The position numbers and the translations under genes were made by a program. 64,000 bases of DNA. It comes from Candidatus Gottesmanbacteria bacterium. Lineage in GTDB: Bacteria; Patescibacteriota; Microgenomatia; UBA10105; UBA927. This document shows, piece after piece, positions 45,544-55,905 of this stretch (position 1 is the first letter of the stretch; each line of letters begins with the position of its first letter). The stretch is taken from the NCBI GenBank assembly GCA_963701185.1, contig OY969569.1, positions 859,548-923,547 on the forward strand. The letters are read 5' to 3'. Below the pieces are notes generated by a model. It saw nothing but the letters and a program-made list of their open reading frames with translations. It ran no database searches and was not told where the DNA came from.

Positions 45544-47826
45544 TTACACGCCGGGAGTCGGTGTTGCGGATGGTGTCGGGATCGGGGCACACCGGCCGCC
45601 GGGCGGCTCCGTGCCTTTGATGAAATATTCCGCCCGGTTAAAGTAACAGGGAATGGCAATCACGTCGGCTGGTTGAGCGGTTATTTCATCGGATTTATCC
45701 TTCAGAAATTCCGCCATGATGTCATGCCAGATCGGGGCTGCACCGGTGACTCCGGATGTGAGCAGGGGGTTCATGGGGGCATTATTATTATTACCTACCC
45801 AGACAGCAGTTAAGAGTGACGGTGTGTATCCGATGGTCCAGTTATCGCGTTTACTGTCGGTTGTTCCGGTTTTAACCGATACGGTTTTCCCGGGGATAAC
45901 AAGACTTGAGGCGGGACCGAATGCAGCCGTTCTTGCCGAGTTATCGCTTAATATATTGCTGATAATCCATGCGACCTCCGGTCTCACGGCAGCAATGCCG
46001 GGCTTCTTGGTATTTTTTTCCAATACATGGCCGGAATAATCAGTGACTTCCAGAATCGGCCGGAGATCCACCCGGGATCCTCCGTTGGCAAGTGTTCCGA
46101 ATACCCGCGCCATATCAAGCATCGTGACCTCGCCGCCGCCCAGCGTGAGGGATAATCCGAACCGGCCCGGATCCGTCCAGGAATCAATACCCATCGCACG
46201 TCCTTTTTCAACCATTGCCGAAACGCCGATTTTCGCAAGAGTTTTAACGGCGGGGATATTATAGGAATTTGCAAACGCATACCGCAGTGGCGTAGGCCCG
46301 TGAAATTTTCCGTCGTAATTCATCGGCGCATACGCAGGACTGCCGGGGCTCTGATAGACAACCGGAGAATCGTCGAGAATGGTTGCTGCGGTAAACTCGT
46401 TTTCGAGTGCTGCCGCGTAATTGACGACTTTGATACTGGACCCCGGTTGTCGAAGACTCGTCGTGACATTTACGTTGCCGTCTTCCGCAGTATCAAAGTA
46501 ATTCTTACTGCCGACCATGGCAAGTATTTCTCCTGTTTTTGGATTGGTAACCAGTGCCGCTCCGTTACCGACCCGAAGGCCGGCAAGTGCATCAAGTTGT
46601 GTGCGGACAATCGTTTCAGCTTTTTCCTGCATGTCACTATCCAGAGATGTGGTAATACGAAGCCCTCCCTGTTCGACCAGCCGGGGGCCGTACTGTTCTT
46701 CGAGTAAATCCTTCACATACATGACGAAATGAGGCGCACGGATGGGCACATGGGGAGTGGCAAATTTAATGGGAGTAGCAAGTGCTTGTTGTTCCTGTTC
46801 GGGGGTTATGTAGCGGTCTTCCGTCATCCTACGGAGTACTTCTCTCTGCCGTTCAAATGCTTTTTCCGGGTGACTGTTGAACGGGGAATATTCCGACGGT
46901 GCAGCGGGAAGGCCGGCCAGAATGGCCATTTGCGCCAGATTAAGGTTCGCGACCGATGTCCCGAAATATGTTTGGGCAGCCGCCTCTATACCCCAGGCAG
47001 TGCCGCCGTACGGCACCTGGTTTACATACATTTCCAGAATCTGATTTTTGCTGTACAGGCGTTCCGCCCAAAACGCAAGGATGATCTCTTTCACCTTTCG
47101 CGGGATAGTCACTTCAGGCGTCAGCAGTGCGGATTTTATGAGCTGCTGCGTTATGGTTGATCCTCCCTGAATCTGCTTGTTGAGTATGGTTTCGCGGGCC
47201 GCCCGAAGAATCCCCGTGACGGAGAATCCGGGATGCTGATAAAAGTTTTTATCTTCGATGGCGATTGTTGCCTCCTGCATGAGTTTGGGAATTTGGGCGA
47301 GTGGGAGCGGAGTGCGGTTTTGATCGGTATATATTTCATATAAAAGGACGCCGTTGCGGTCAAAGATTTTTGTCGTGACCTCCAGATCCCGCCGGGTTAA
47401 GAGTTGCGGGTTAGGGAGAGCTTTGAGCCACAGGTATGCGTTGTATGGAAGGATAAAGAATAGCACCGTTACGCATATGCCGGCGATAAATGATTTTATT
47501 TGTTCAGTTTTTGTCGGCCACATACGGATGACAGCCGGCGGCGGCGGAAGGCGGCGTAACCGTCTTTTGAATTTCGGCGGTTTTGGAAGATGAATGGCTG
47601 GAAGCGAGAAGCGCGGAAAATGGAGCATGGCGACGGCACGGAGGGTTTCGCGGATAACAATGCCGGAAGTTACGATGGTTGGAGATAAAACATGGAATAC
47701 AAGAGATGCAATGAAACGGACTGTGTCGCCGATGGCAATCAACGCACGCGGGAAAAATAATAAAAATGTTATAAAGAGATATTCGTGTGGAGATTTTTTT
47801 TCGTTTAGCTCTTTCCGGCGCGCCAT
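45544..47826 (-). CDS. class A penicillin-binding protein (PBP1A family)
   Basis: IEDKNFY.H, GGSTITQQ, RKVKE; SSIK, SYN, KTGT. Confidence 0.95.
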   Translation of the reverse strand: MARRKELNEKKSPHEYLFITFLLFFPRALIAIGDTVRFIASLVFHVLSPTIVTSGIVIRETLRAVAMLHFPRFSLPAIHLPKPPKFKRRLRRLPPPPAVIRMWPTKTEQIKSFIAGICVTVLFFILPYNAYLWLKALPNPQLLTRRDLEVTTKIFDRNGVLLYEIYTDQNRTPLPLAQIPKLMQEATIAIEDKNFYQHPGFSVTGILRAARETILNKQIQGGSTITQQLIKSALLTPEVTIPRKVKEIILAFWAERLYSKNQILEMYVNQVPYGGTAWGIEAAAQTYFGTSVANLNLAQMAILAGLPAAPSEYSPFNSHPEKAFERQREVLRRMTEDRYITPEQEQQALATPIKFATPHVPIRAPHFVMYVKDLLEEQYGPRLVEQGGLRITTSLDSDMQEKAETIVRTQLDALAGLRVGNGAALVTNPKTGEILAMVGSKNYFDTAEDGNVNVTTSLRQPGSSIKVVNYAAALENEFTAATILDDSPVVYQSPGSPAYAPMNYDGKFHGPTPLRYAFANSYNIPAVKTLAKIGVSAMVEKGRAMGIDSWTDPGRFGLSLTLGGGEVTMLDMARVFGTLANGGSRVDLRPILEVTDYSGHVLEKNTKKPGIAAVRPEVAWIISNILSDNSARTAAFGPASSLVIPGKTVSVKTGTTDSKRDNWTIGYTPSLLTAVWVGNNNNAPMNPLLTSGVTGAAPIWHDIMAEFLKDKSDEITAQPADVIAIPCYFNRAEYFIKGTEPPGGRCAPIPTPSATPTPGV

Positions 47827-47876
47827 AGTGTGTGAGTTATATCACAAACTCCAGCCTCGGGACAAGGGGAAAGAAA

Positions 47877-50108
47877 TTATTTAATAAACACGGATTTGCC
47901 GGCGGGGTGGGGGCAATCCAGGCACCAGCGTGATATACCGTCGCTTATTACCTGATGATCCTGCATTTCCACGTTTGCATTTGGTTTATTGGGCTCAACG
48001 AGATCGCCGGTATCTTTATCGATGACGACTGTTTGTTTAAGATTTTCCCGTTCTGTGGGAATGGTTCCCTTGATAAAGTATTCGAATCGTGTCGAACAAC
48101 CTTTGTCGCCTGCGTTTGGGTCAGGATTCGGCGGCAGCAGCCCTGAGATGCTGCAGACTTGCGCCCCGACAATGCCGTCCGGTTGTTTGGGCCAAATGTC
48201 GGGTTTGCCCTTTAAAGCCTGCACCATGAGTTTGTGCCAGATTGGTGCCGCGCCGGTGATACCGGACACCAGATACGGATTCATCGGCGAGTTATCATTG
48301 TTTCCTACCCACGCGGCGACTAATATCTGCGGGGTAAATCCGATGGTCCAGTTGTCGCGAAGATCATTCGTTGTTCCGGTTTTCACCGAGACGGCACGGT
48401 TGGGAATGTAAAGCTCCGACGCGGGGCCGAACTCTTCCTGGCGCGCGTTATTGTCAAGAAGTATATGGGAAATGAGAAATGCGGTTTCGGTCGATATCAC
48501 CCGTGGCCCGTTCATGAGGAGCTGCGACGGGATGTCTTTGTCTAAATTCGGATCTTTGTATTCCGAAAGTATTTTTCCGGTTTTATCCACAACCTTGAGA
48601 ATAGAGACAAGATCATGCCGGATGCCGCCGTTGGCAAATACGCCGAATGCCGTTGCCATATCGGTCATATGGATTTCACCTCCGCCCAGTGTGAGCGATA
48701 GTCCATAATGACTCGGGTCTTTAAACGTCGTTATGCCGAATGCACTGGCGGAGGCAACCATATCAGTGACGGTATTCATATAGAGCATTTTGACCGCCGG
48801 AATATTAAATGAATTGCCCAATGCCATCCGCAGTTGCACCGGACCGTGGAATTTCCCGTCGTAGTTGACGGGGCAGTACGGCGGTTTTCCGATATTTCCG
48901 AAACACGTCGGTTCATCAATAAACATTGTGGCGGGGGTGACGATACGTTTTTCCAGTCCGATAGCGTAGTTAATGGGTTTGATGCTTGAGCCGGGCTGGC
49001 GCAGCGCCGTGACGACGTTATAATTTCCGGACGGAGACGCGAAATAATCCACGGAACCGACCATGGCAAGGATTTCGCCTGTTGCGGGTTTGGTAATGAG
49101 TGCGGCACCGTTGGAGACCTGATAGTTTTTTAATTTCGCCACCTCCGCAGCAACGGTTGCCTGGGCGTACTCCTCTAAATCCAGGTCCAGCGTGGTCGTT
49201 ACTTTCAGCCCTCCCTTTGCCACCAATGCCTCTCCGTATTGTTGAACCAATTGTTCTTTGACGTACATAACAAAATGCGGGGCTTTGATGCCGGTTTCAT
49301 TTTTAAACACCAGCGGCTGCGATGCAGCCTGGTCGGCTTGTTCTTTGGAAATATATTTATCTTCCACCATGCGCTTCAGTACTTCTTTTTGGCGGCTGAC
49401 GGCAAGGAGAGGATGTGCTCCGAACGGGGAATATAATGTCGGGGCTTGCGGCAGGCCGGCCAAAAGTGCAGCCTCGGCGAGGGTCAGATCCTCAACTTTT
49501 TTGCCGAAATATTGTTCGCTCGCGGATTCGACTCCCCAGGCCGTGCCCCCGTAGGGGACTTGGTTTAAATACAGTTCCAATATCTTATCTTTGGGGTACA
49601 GTGCTTCCACCCAAAAGGCGAGGATGATTTCTTTGATTTTTCGTATGATGGTGCGCTCAGGAGACAGGAGTGCGGATTTGACGAGTTGTTGGGTAATAGT
49701 GGACCCCCCCTGCAGTTGTCCGCGTGTGATATCGGCGGCTAGCGCCCGTAAGATGCCGCCGACGATATTCACCCCTTGATGTTGGTAGAAGTTTTTATCT
49801 TCTATGGAAATTGTGGCTTCCTGCAGATTTTTAGGAATTTCCGAAAGCGGGACAGGCGTGCGGTTTTGGTCGGCAAAAATATCAAACAGGAGTTTTCCGC
49901 TGCGGTCATAAATTTTTGTGGAAATTGGGATATTATATTGGGCTAATTTTGCCGGTGACGGAAGATCTTTGAAAATTAAAAGATATGAGGTTAACACCAG
50001 AAAAAAGGGTAAAAACCAAAATGCCCATGCCCAGCGAGGAATTTTTTTACCTGATTTCGGAACGACCTTTACACGTTTTTTCAGCCACGAAATGATTGAG
50101 CGGTACAT
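47877..50108 (-). CDS. class A penicillin-binding protein (PBP1A family), tandem paralogue
   Basis: IEDKNFY.H, GGSTITQQ; SSIK, SFN, KTGT. Confidence 0.95.
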   Translation of the reverse strand: MYRSIISWLKKRVKVVPKSGKKIPRWAWAFWFLPFFLVLTSYLLIFKDLPSPAKLAQYNIPISTKIYDRSGKLLFDIFADQNRTPVPLSEIPKNLQEATISIEDKNFYQHQGVNIVGGILRALAADITRGQLQGGSTITQQLVKSALLSPERTIIRKIKEIILAFWVEALYPKDKILELYLNQVPYGGTAWGVESASEQYFGKKVEDLTLAEAALLAGLPQAPTLYSPFGAHPLLAVSRQKEVLKRMVEDKYISKEQADQAASQPLVFKNETGIKAPHFVMYVKEQLVQQYGEALVAKGGLKVTTTLDLDLEEYAQATVAAEVAKLKNYQVSNGAALITKPATGEILAMVGSVDYFASPSGNYNVVTALRQPGSSIKPINYAIGLEKRIVTPATMFIDEPTCFGNIGKPPYCPVNYDGKFHGPVQLRMALGNSFNIPAVKMLYMNTVTDMVASASAFGITTFKDPSHYGLSLTLGGGEIHMTDMATAFGVFANGGIRHDLVSILKVVDKTGKILSEYKDPNLDKDIPSQLLMNGPRVISTETAFLISHILLDNNARQEEFGPASELYIPNRAVSVKTGTTNDLRDNWTIGFTPQILVAAWVGNNDNSPMNPYLVSGITGAAPIWHKLMVQALKGKPDIWPKQPDGIVGAQVCSISGLLPPNPDPNAGDKGCSTRFEYFIKGTIPTERENLKQTVVIDKDTGDLVEPNKPNANVEMQDHQVISDGISRWCLDCPHPAGKSVFIK

Positions 50109-50170
50109 GCGAGTATTATATCAGGTGTATAATATAACCATAAATATTCATATATAAAAGGAGGTTCCCT

Positions 50171-50770
50171 ATGTTTACTTTACCGGATTTACCCTACGCC
50201 TATAATGCGTTGGAACCCTATATTGATGAGGCGACGATGCATATCCATCACGATAAGCATCATGCAACCTATGTTAAAAATCTTAACGATGCCCTTGCCG
50301 GTTCGTTTGACGGTATTTCCGTTGAAGAATTATTAACCAAACTGAATGATGTTCCTGAGGTGATCCGCACAAAAGTAAAAAACAATGCCGGCGGGCACGC
50401 AAATCATTCTTTGTATTGGCAAATAATGGCTCCAAAAGCCGGCGGGAAGCCTACGGGAAACCTTGCGGCGGCCATTGATGCGACGTTTGGATCGTTCGAA
50501 AAATTTCAAGAGCTTTTCAGCGCTGCTGCTCTCAATCACTTCGGCAGCGGGTGGGCATGGTTAGTTTCTGAGAACAGGAAATTGACTATCATCGACACAT
50601 CCAATCAGGATAGTCCGCTGACCGATGGGAAAACCCCGATTCTTACAATTGATGTGTGGGAACATGCGTACTATCTCAAATATCAAAACATGCGGGTTGA
50701 GTATATAAAAGCATGGTGGAACGTGGTGAACTGGGCTGAGGTTAGTAAGCGGTTCCAAGCTCTCGCATAA
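50171..50770 (+). CDS. sodA: Fe/Mn superoxide dismutase
   Basis: [27 protein letters not shown]. Confidence 0.93.
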   Translation: MFTLPDLPYAYNALEPYIDEATMHIHHDKHHATYVKNLNDALAGSFDGISVEELLTKLNDVPEVIRTKVKNNAGGHANHSLYWQIMAPKAGGKPTGNLAAAIDATFGSFEKFQELFSAAALNHFGSGWAWLVSENRKLTIIDTSNQDSPLTDGKTPILTIDVWEHAYYLKYQNMRVEYIKAWWNVVNWAEVSKRFQALA

Positions 50771-51474
50771 TGAAACCCGACGATTTTTTCGGTATACCCC
50801 GTCATGAAAAACCCAAAGACGTTATTCTCTTTGCCGGAAAAAACTTTGTCCACTCTACTGACGAGTGTTTCATCATCGCTGATGGGTACCCCGGGTTGCC
50901 GCATGCGAATGAGGCGGAACAATTAACCCGGCAGACGGGACTCTGGGCATATCATATGGTCCGTCAACGACCATTTTATTGGAACAGTAAAGCTTTTTTA
51001 TTAAAACGGATTTTCAGATCAACAAATCTCCGGCTCTGGCAGAAGCGCCGTGATCCCGGATTTGACGCCGGCCTCGCGTCGGCGCTCACTGTTCTTATCG
51101 TGATCGGAGATTTTTTTTGGCTCGGGACGGCGGGAAACTGTAATACATATCTGTATCGTGAAGGACTTATTGATATTCTCACGCCCCGCGATGTCGATGA
51201 TGACGGCATGCTGACGAAAGCCGTGGGATTTGCCCGCAAGCAGCTTATCCCCGCCATGCATTCGGGAAAATTACTGGAGGGTGACATCATTCTTCTTGCC
51301 ACAGACAGCGTTGCCAATTACGTAGGTGAGGACGATATGCGCAGGATTTTAGAAGAGGTAGGAATGACAACGGAATCCCTGCAAATTGCAATTGAGAAAT
51401 TAATAAGTGTTGCCAAATCAGCAGGCAGTACGGATTCCATGTCGGCGTGTATGGTCAAACGGATCGTGATATGA
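50770..51474 (+). CDS. divergent PP2C-fold phosphatase-like protein
   Basis: IIADG, LTKAVG, GDIILLATDSV, STDSMS. Confidence 0.7.
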   Translation: MKPDDFFGIPRHEKPKDVILFAGKNFVHSTDECFIIADGYPGLPHANEAEQLTRQTGLWAYHMVRQRPFYWNSKAFLLKRIFRSTNLRLWQKRRDPGFDAGLASALTVLIVIGDFFWLGTAGNCNTYLYREGLIDILTPRDVDDDGMLTKAVGFARKQLIPAMHSGKLLEGDIILLATDSVANYVGEDDMRRILEEVGMTTESLQIAIEKLISVAKSAGSTDSMSACMVKRIVI

Positions 51475-51481
51475 TGGAGAC

Positions 51482-52966
51482 ATGTCCGAAGAATTTTTTG
51501 AACCAATCTCCGACACCGCCACTCCGCCGACCTACAAATTTTTTAACGGGTCCGCGTGGGTAACCGGAACGGGGGGTAAAACCACTCAAATTATTTCTCC
51601 TATTGACCAAAGCGTTGTCGGAAATCTTCCCGTGGCAGCGACAGGGGAAATCGATGAAATTCTTAAAAAATTAAAAGCCGCGCAGCCAGCGTGGGAAGCA
51701 GTCCCCCTGAACAAACGTGTAAAGATGATGCATTTGGCCGCCGATTGGGTGAGGCACTACGAAGAATATCTTACGACCTTACTTGTCCGTGAGATCGGCA
51801 AGTCCGTGGGGGAATCCAAAAGCGAAATCGTGCGCACCGCGGAGCTTACCGATTATTTTGCCGATGAAGTGCAGTCCGTTCATGGGGAAGTGATCAGCAG
51901 TGATGATTTTCCCGGGTATGACAAAGGAACGACGGCGATGGTTGAGCGTGCCGCCCACGGCGTCGTTTTGTGTATTGCCCCGTTCAATTACCCTGTAAAC
52001 CTTGCGGCCAGCAAAATTGTACCGGCACTTCTCATGGGCAATACGGTACTGTTTAAGCCGCCGACCCAGGGGGGAGTGAGCGGCCTGCACCTGGCGCGTC
52101 TATTTGAAAAAGCCGGCCTTCCGCCCGATATTTTTGCCTGTGTGACCGGCGGCGGATCAGAAATCGGAGATTATCTGGTTTCTCATAAACACATAGATGC
52201 CGTGGCGTTTACCGGAAGTTCAGATACGGGAGTTGCTATCGCCGGTCGCGCGCCGATGAAGCCGCTTCTTTTTGAGTGCGGAGGCAATAATCCCGCAATC
52301 ATATTTCCCGATGCGGATATGAATCTCACCGCAAAAGAAATCGTTAAGGGTGGATTCTCCTATGCGGGACAACGGTGTACCGCAATTAAATATGTATTGG
52401 GAACGAAGGGTGTCCTTGATACGCTTATTCCCGTAGTGTTGGCTCAGATGAAGGAACTTATTCACGTCGGTGATCCGCGAAGTCCCGAAACGAAACTCGT
52501 GGGACCCGTGATTTCTCCCGATGTTGCCCAAAAAATTCAGGGATGGATTGATGAGTCAGTAAAATCAGGGGCAAAGGTCGTTACTGGAGGCGGCCATAAT
52601 GCCGCATATATAGAACCGACAATTCTGACAAATGTTACGCCCATGATGCCGGTTGTGGTGAACGAAGTATTTGGTCCGCTGGTGTCTTTTATTGAAATAA
52701 CGAACATGGGAGACGCCGCTACTATAATAAATCAAACACGGTTCGGGCTGCAGGCATGCGTATTTACCAAAGACGAGGGAACGGGGATAGTCTTCGCAAA
52801 ATCACTCAATGTCGGAACGGTGCAGATAAACGGTTCGCCCCAGCGCGGTCCTGACCATTTTCCGTTCCTCGGTGTCAAACACTCCGGCATCGGCGCGCAG
52901 GGCGTGAGGTATTCCTTAGAAGCAATGAGCAGATTGAAACCGGTCGTCCTCAATAAACCGCAGTAA
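51482..52966 (+). CDS. gapN: non-phosphorylating NADP-dependent glyceraldehyde-3-phosphate dehydrogenase
   Basis: PFNYPVNL.ASKI, FKPPTQG, FTGS, YAGQRCTAIK, QRGPDHFPFLGVK.SG. Confidence 0.88.
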   Translation: MSEEFFEPISDTATPPTYKFFNGSAWVTGTGGKTTQIISPIDQSVVGNLPVAATGEIDEILKKLKAAQPAWEAVPLNKRVKMMHLAADWVRHYEEYLTTLLVREIGKSVGESKSEIVRTAELTDYFADEVQSVHGEVISSDDFPGYDKGTTAMVERAAHGVVLCIAPFNYPVNLAASKIVPALLMGNTVLFKPPTQGGVSGLHLARLFEKAGLPPDIFACVTGGGSEIGDYLVSHKHIDAVAFTGSSDTGVAIAGRAPMKPLLFECGGNNPAIIFPDADMNLTAKEIVKGGFSYAGQRCTAIKYVLGTKGVLDTLIPVVLAQMKELIHVGDPRSPETKLVGPVISPDVAQKIQGWIDESVKSGAKVVTGGGHNAAYIEPTILTNVTPMMPVVVNEVFGPLVSFIEITNMGDAATIINQTRFGLQACVFTKDEGTGIVFAKSLNVGTVQINGSPQRGPDHFPFLGVKHSGIGAQGVRYSLEAMSRLKPVVLNKPQ

Positions 52967-52969
52967 GTA

Positions 52970-54487
52970 TTATTCCCATTCCATTGTCGCGGGGGGTTTG
53001 GTGGTAATGTCATAGACGACACGGGAGACATCCGGCACTTCGTTGACAATCCGCGATGAAATGATTGCTAAAACTTCATAGGACAGACGCGCCCACTGGC
53101 TGGTCATAATATCGCGCGATTCATAGGCGCGCAGAGCGACGACCTCAGCAAACACCCTGCCGTCCCCTTTGACCGCGGTGGAGTGCGCTCCGGTCATCAC
53201 CGCAAAACACTGGAACACGGTGTCATACACACCAGCCTTTTTGATTTCTTCCAGAACGATCGCGTCTGCCTGTTTTACCTGTGCGAGACGTTTTTGGGTA
53301 ACCTCTCCCCTGATGCGGATAGCAAATCCTGGGCCGGGGAACGGGTGCGCGGCGATAATGTCTTTTGGCAATCCCGCGAGTCTGCCGATTTCGCGCACTT
53401 CATCTTTATATAAATGGCGCAGCGGTTCAACGAGCGTCATATGCAAGGAAGCGGGGAGTCCCCCGACGTTGTGATGGGACTTGATGTGTGAGGCGAGTTT
53501 ACTTCCTTTGGACTCGATGACATCGGAATAGATTGTTCCCTGTCCGAGGAACGCCGCGTTGGAATATTTTTTTGCCTGCTCCTGAAATATATCAACATAT
53601 AATTTGCCGATTGTTTTCCGTTTCACTTCCGGATCGGTTATCCCCGCCAGGGCGGCAAGAAACCTTTTTTTTGCGTCCACAATGACGAGGTTTGCACGGA
53701 TGAGTCTGGTAAAAATATAGCGGACTTTTGTATCGGTATCGGGGCGCATCAGGCCGCTTTCGACATAGACGGGAATGAGATTTTTTCCGATTGATTTGCC
53801 GATCAAAAAAGCAGTCACTGTGGAATCCACACCGCCGGATACGGCGCAAATAACTTTGTTGTTTCCTACAGTTTTTTTGATTTCTTCAATAATTTGTTTA
53901 GGATTTCGGGTAAGAGGGTTCAGTGTTTCGCGGCAAACATGTACCGCAAAATTTTTCAACAGATCCAGTCCGTATTCGGTATGATCTGCTTCGGGGTGGA
54001 ACTGAACACCGAACAATGAATCTTTTTCATTGACGACGGCAGTATTTTTTACTTCCCGAGTTGATCCCGCGACGACAAATCCGTCCGGAAGGCGGGTCAC
54101 GGTATCGCCGTGGGAGACGATGACCTTGAATTCATTTTTCGGTAATGCGAATATGCCTGTGCGGGATCTAAGAGACAGTGTTTGCGGCCCATACTCTTTT
54201 GCCGTATTTTTAACGGCACCCCCGAGTTTTAAGGCCATGAGCTGCCATCCGTAACAAATACCCAATATGGGAATATGAAACGAAAATATGTTTGTGGGAA
54301 TCGTGGGAGCCCCGTGTTCATAGACGCTGGACGGTCCGCCGGACAATATAATTCCTTTTGGTTTTATTTTCCGGATGATGGCAACGGCGTCGTCGGGATC
54401 GGTGTATTCGATTTCAACACCGAGCTGCCGGAGACGCCTGCCGATGAGATGAGCAGTCTGTGATCCGAAATCGACGATACATATCAT
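52970..54487 (-). CDS. guaA: GMP synthase
   Basis: DFGSQ, GICYG, QFHPE, SGGVDS, IKSHHNVGG, KPPATMEWE. Confidence 0.97.
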   Translation of the reverse strand: MICIVDFGSQTAHLIGRRLRQLGVEIEYTDPDDAVAIIRKIKPKGIILSGGPSSVYEHGAPTIPTNIFSFHIPILGICYGWQLMALKLGGAVKNTAKEYGPQTLSLRSRTGIFALPKNEFKVIVSHGDTVTRLPDGFVVAGSTREVKNTAVVNEKDSLFGVQFHPEADHTEYGLDLLKNFAVHVCRETLNPLTRNPKQIIEEIKKTVGNNKVICAVSGGVDSTVTAFLIGKSIGKNLIPVYVESGLMRPDTDTKVRYIFTRLIRANLVIVDAKKRFLAALAGITDPEVKRKTIGKLYVDIFQEQAKKYSNAAFLGQGTIYSDVIESKGSKLASHIKSHHNVGGLPASLHMTLVEPLRHLYKDEVREIGRLAGLPKDIIAAHPFPGPGFAIRIRGEVTQKRLAQVKQADAIVLEEIKKAGVYDTVFQCFAVMTGAHSTAVKGDGRVFAEVVALRAYESRDIMTSQWARLSYEVLAIISSRIVNEVPDVSRVVYDITTKPPATMEWE

Positions 54488-54488
54488 G

Positions 54489-55274
54489 TCATTTTGTGGT
54501 TACTGTTACACTCTCATGCACGGTAACTTGAGAACTTTTGGGAGATGTCAATGTCGGTTTTTCCTCGGTTGCAGGAGATGGCGAAAAAATTGTTCCATGT
54601 ACGAGAAATCCCCAACCGGTGTCCTGCGACAATTTTTTCCCGTGTTGTTTTTCCCCTTTTTGATCCGGCAGACATATATGATCTCCTTTATTTACATTTT
54701 TAATATAATGTCTTCGGACAAATCCGATTTGATCTTCTGTGTAATCGAGTTTCTGTAGGAATTTCTGAATCTCCGCTTTTGATTTACCGGCTTCCTGCAT
54801 TTGCTTTGTAATGAGAAGAATCATTTCCGTCGGTTCGTACGGGAATAAAATCCATTTGGTTGTTTGTTTCGCAAAATAATCGGGACGGTAGACAGAGTGG
54901 GGCTTATAAAACATGGTGGCAGTGGCGATATGTTTCGGTCCGCAGCGTTTCAGATATTTGATCGCGCGTATGAGCGTTTTTCCTGAATCCGATACGTCGT
55001 CAACCAGAAGAATATGTTTATGTTTTATCGAGTTCTGCAGTTTTGCGGTGAGAACCGCTTCGCCGCTTGCCTGAATATCGGTGTAGCTTTGGATGGTAAT
55101 AACCGAGATGGGAATCCGCAGTAAGTCGGTTAACAGATGTCCGAGCGTCAACCCTCCGCGGGAAATTGCAACGATTTGATCAACGGGTGTGGCGTGATCT
55201 AAAATGGCCGCGGCGAGTTTTCTTGCTGTTTCGTGGTAGGTTTTCCAGGAGACGGGGAGATAGTGGATTGCCAT
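54489..55274 (-). CDS. purine phosphoribosyltransferase-family protein with C-terminal extension
   Basis: ISRGG, LLVDDVSDSGKT, WILFPYE. Confidence 0.85.
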   Translation of the reverse strand: MAIHYLPVSWKTYHETARKLAAAILDHATPVDQIVAISRGGLTLGHLLTDLLRIPISVITIQSYTDIQASGEAVLTAKLQNSIKHKHILLVDDVSDSGKTLIRAIKYLKRCGPKHIATATMFYKPHSVYRPDYFAKQTTKWILFPYEPTEMILLITKQMQEAGKSKAEIQKFLQKLDYTEDQIGFVRRHYIKNVNKGDHICLPDQKGEKQHGKKLSQDTGWGFLVHGTIFSPSPATEEKPTLTSPKSSQVTVHESVTVTTK

Positions 55275-55295
55275 ATAATAGTATATAATACACAC

Positions 55296-55905
55296 ATGAA
55301 TAAAGGCAAATTCCTCAAATACTCCAGTGTCGCCATTTCCGGCAGACCCGGCGCGGGCCGCTCCACACTTCTGAAAAATTTAAAACCGATTGTGGAGCCT
55401 CTCGGATGGGAAATATTTTCCGGCGGAGACTGGGCCAGACAATTTGCCATTAAATCCGGTAAACACAAGGCCGATGATATTACGCACCATTTTGCAACGG
55501 ATTATGGGGATGAGATTGATCATCAGATCGATGCCGCAATGCGCAAAAAACTTAGTGACCCCAATACGCATGTCGCGGTAGAATCCTGGATTGCCGGGTG
55601 GAACATGCGTGGGTTAAAGCACGTTTTAAAAGTTCTTCTGATGTGCGACGATGCACTCCGCATTGACCGCGTGGTCAACCGCGATACCATTTCGGTGGCA
55701 GAGGCAAAAAAGCATTTATGGGAACGGGAAGAAAAGAATCTAGCTAAATGGAAACGGATGTACGGCGTCCACGGATTTCTGGGATCCGAAATATTATGAT
55801 CTCGTCATCAACACCTACTCCCACGGCCCGCTGGAAACGTTGGATTTAGTTCTTCAAGCTTTAGGCTACTATTCTCTCAATGGGCAGAAACCGGCTCATG
55901 TTTGA
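55296..55905 (+). pseudogene. cmk: archaeal-type cytidylate kinase-like gene with frameshift near 55769
   Basis: ISGRPGAGRST P-loop; +1 frame continues TDFWDPKYYDLVINTYS...HV*. Confidence 0.7.

Noticed and set aside
45544-50108. Tandem class A PBPs as a novel duplication
   Set aside because: Diverged paralogues with intact motifs; ordinary cell-wall genes
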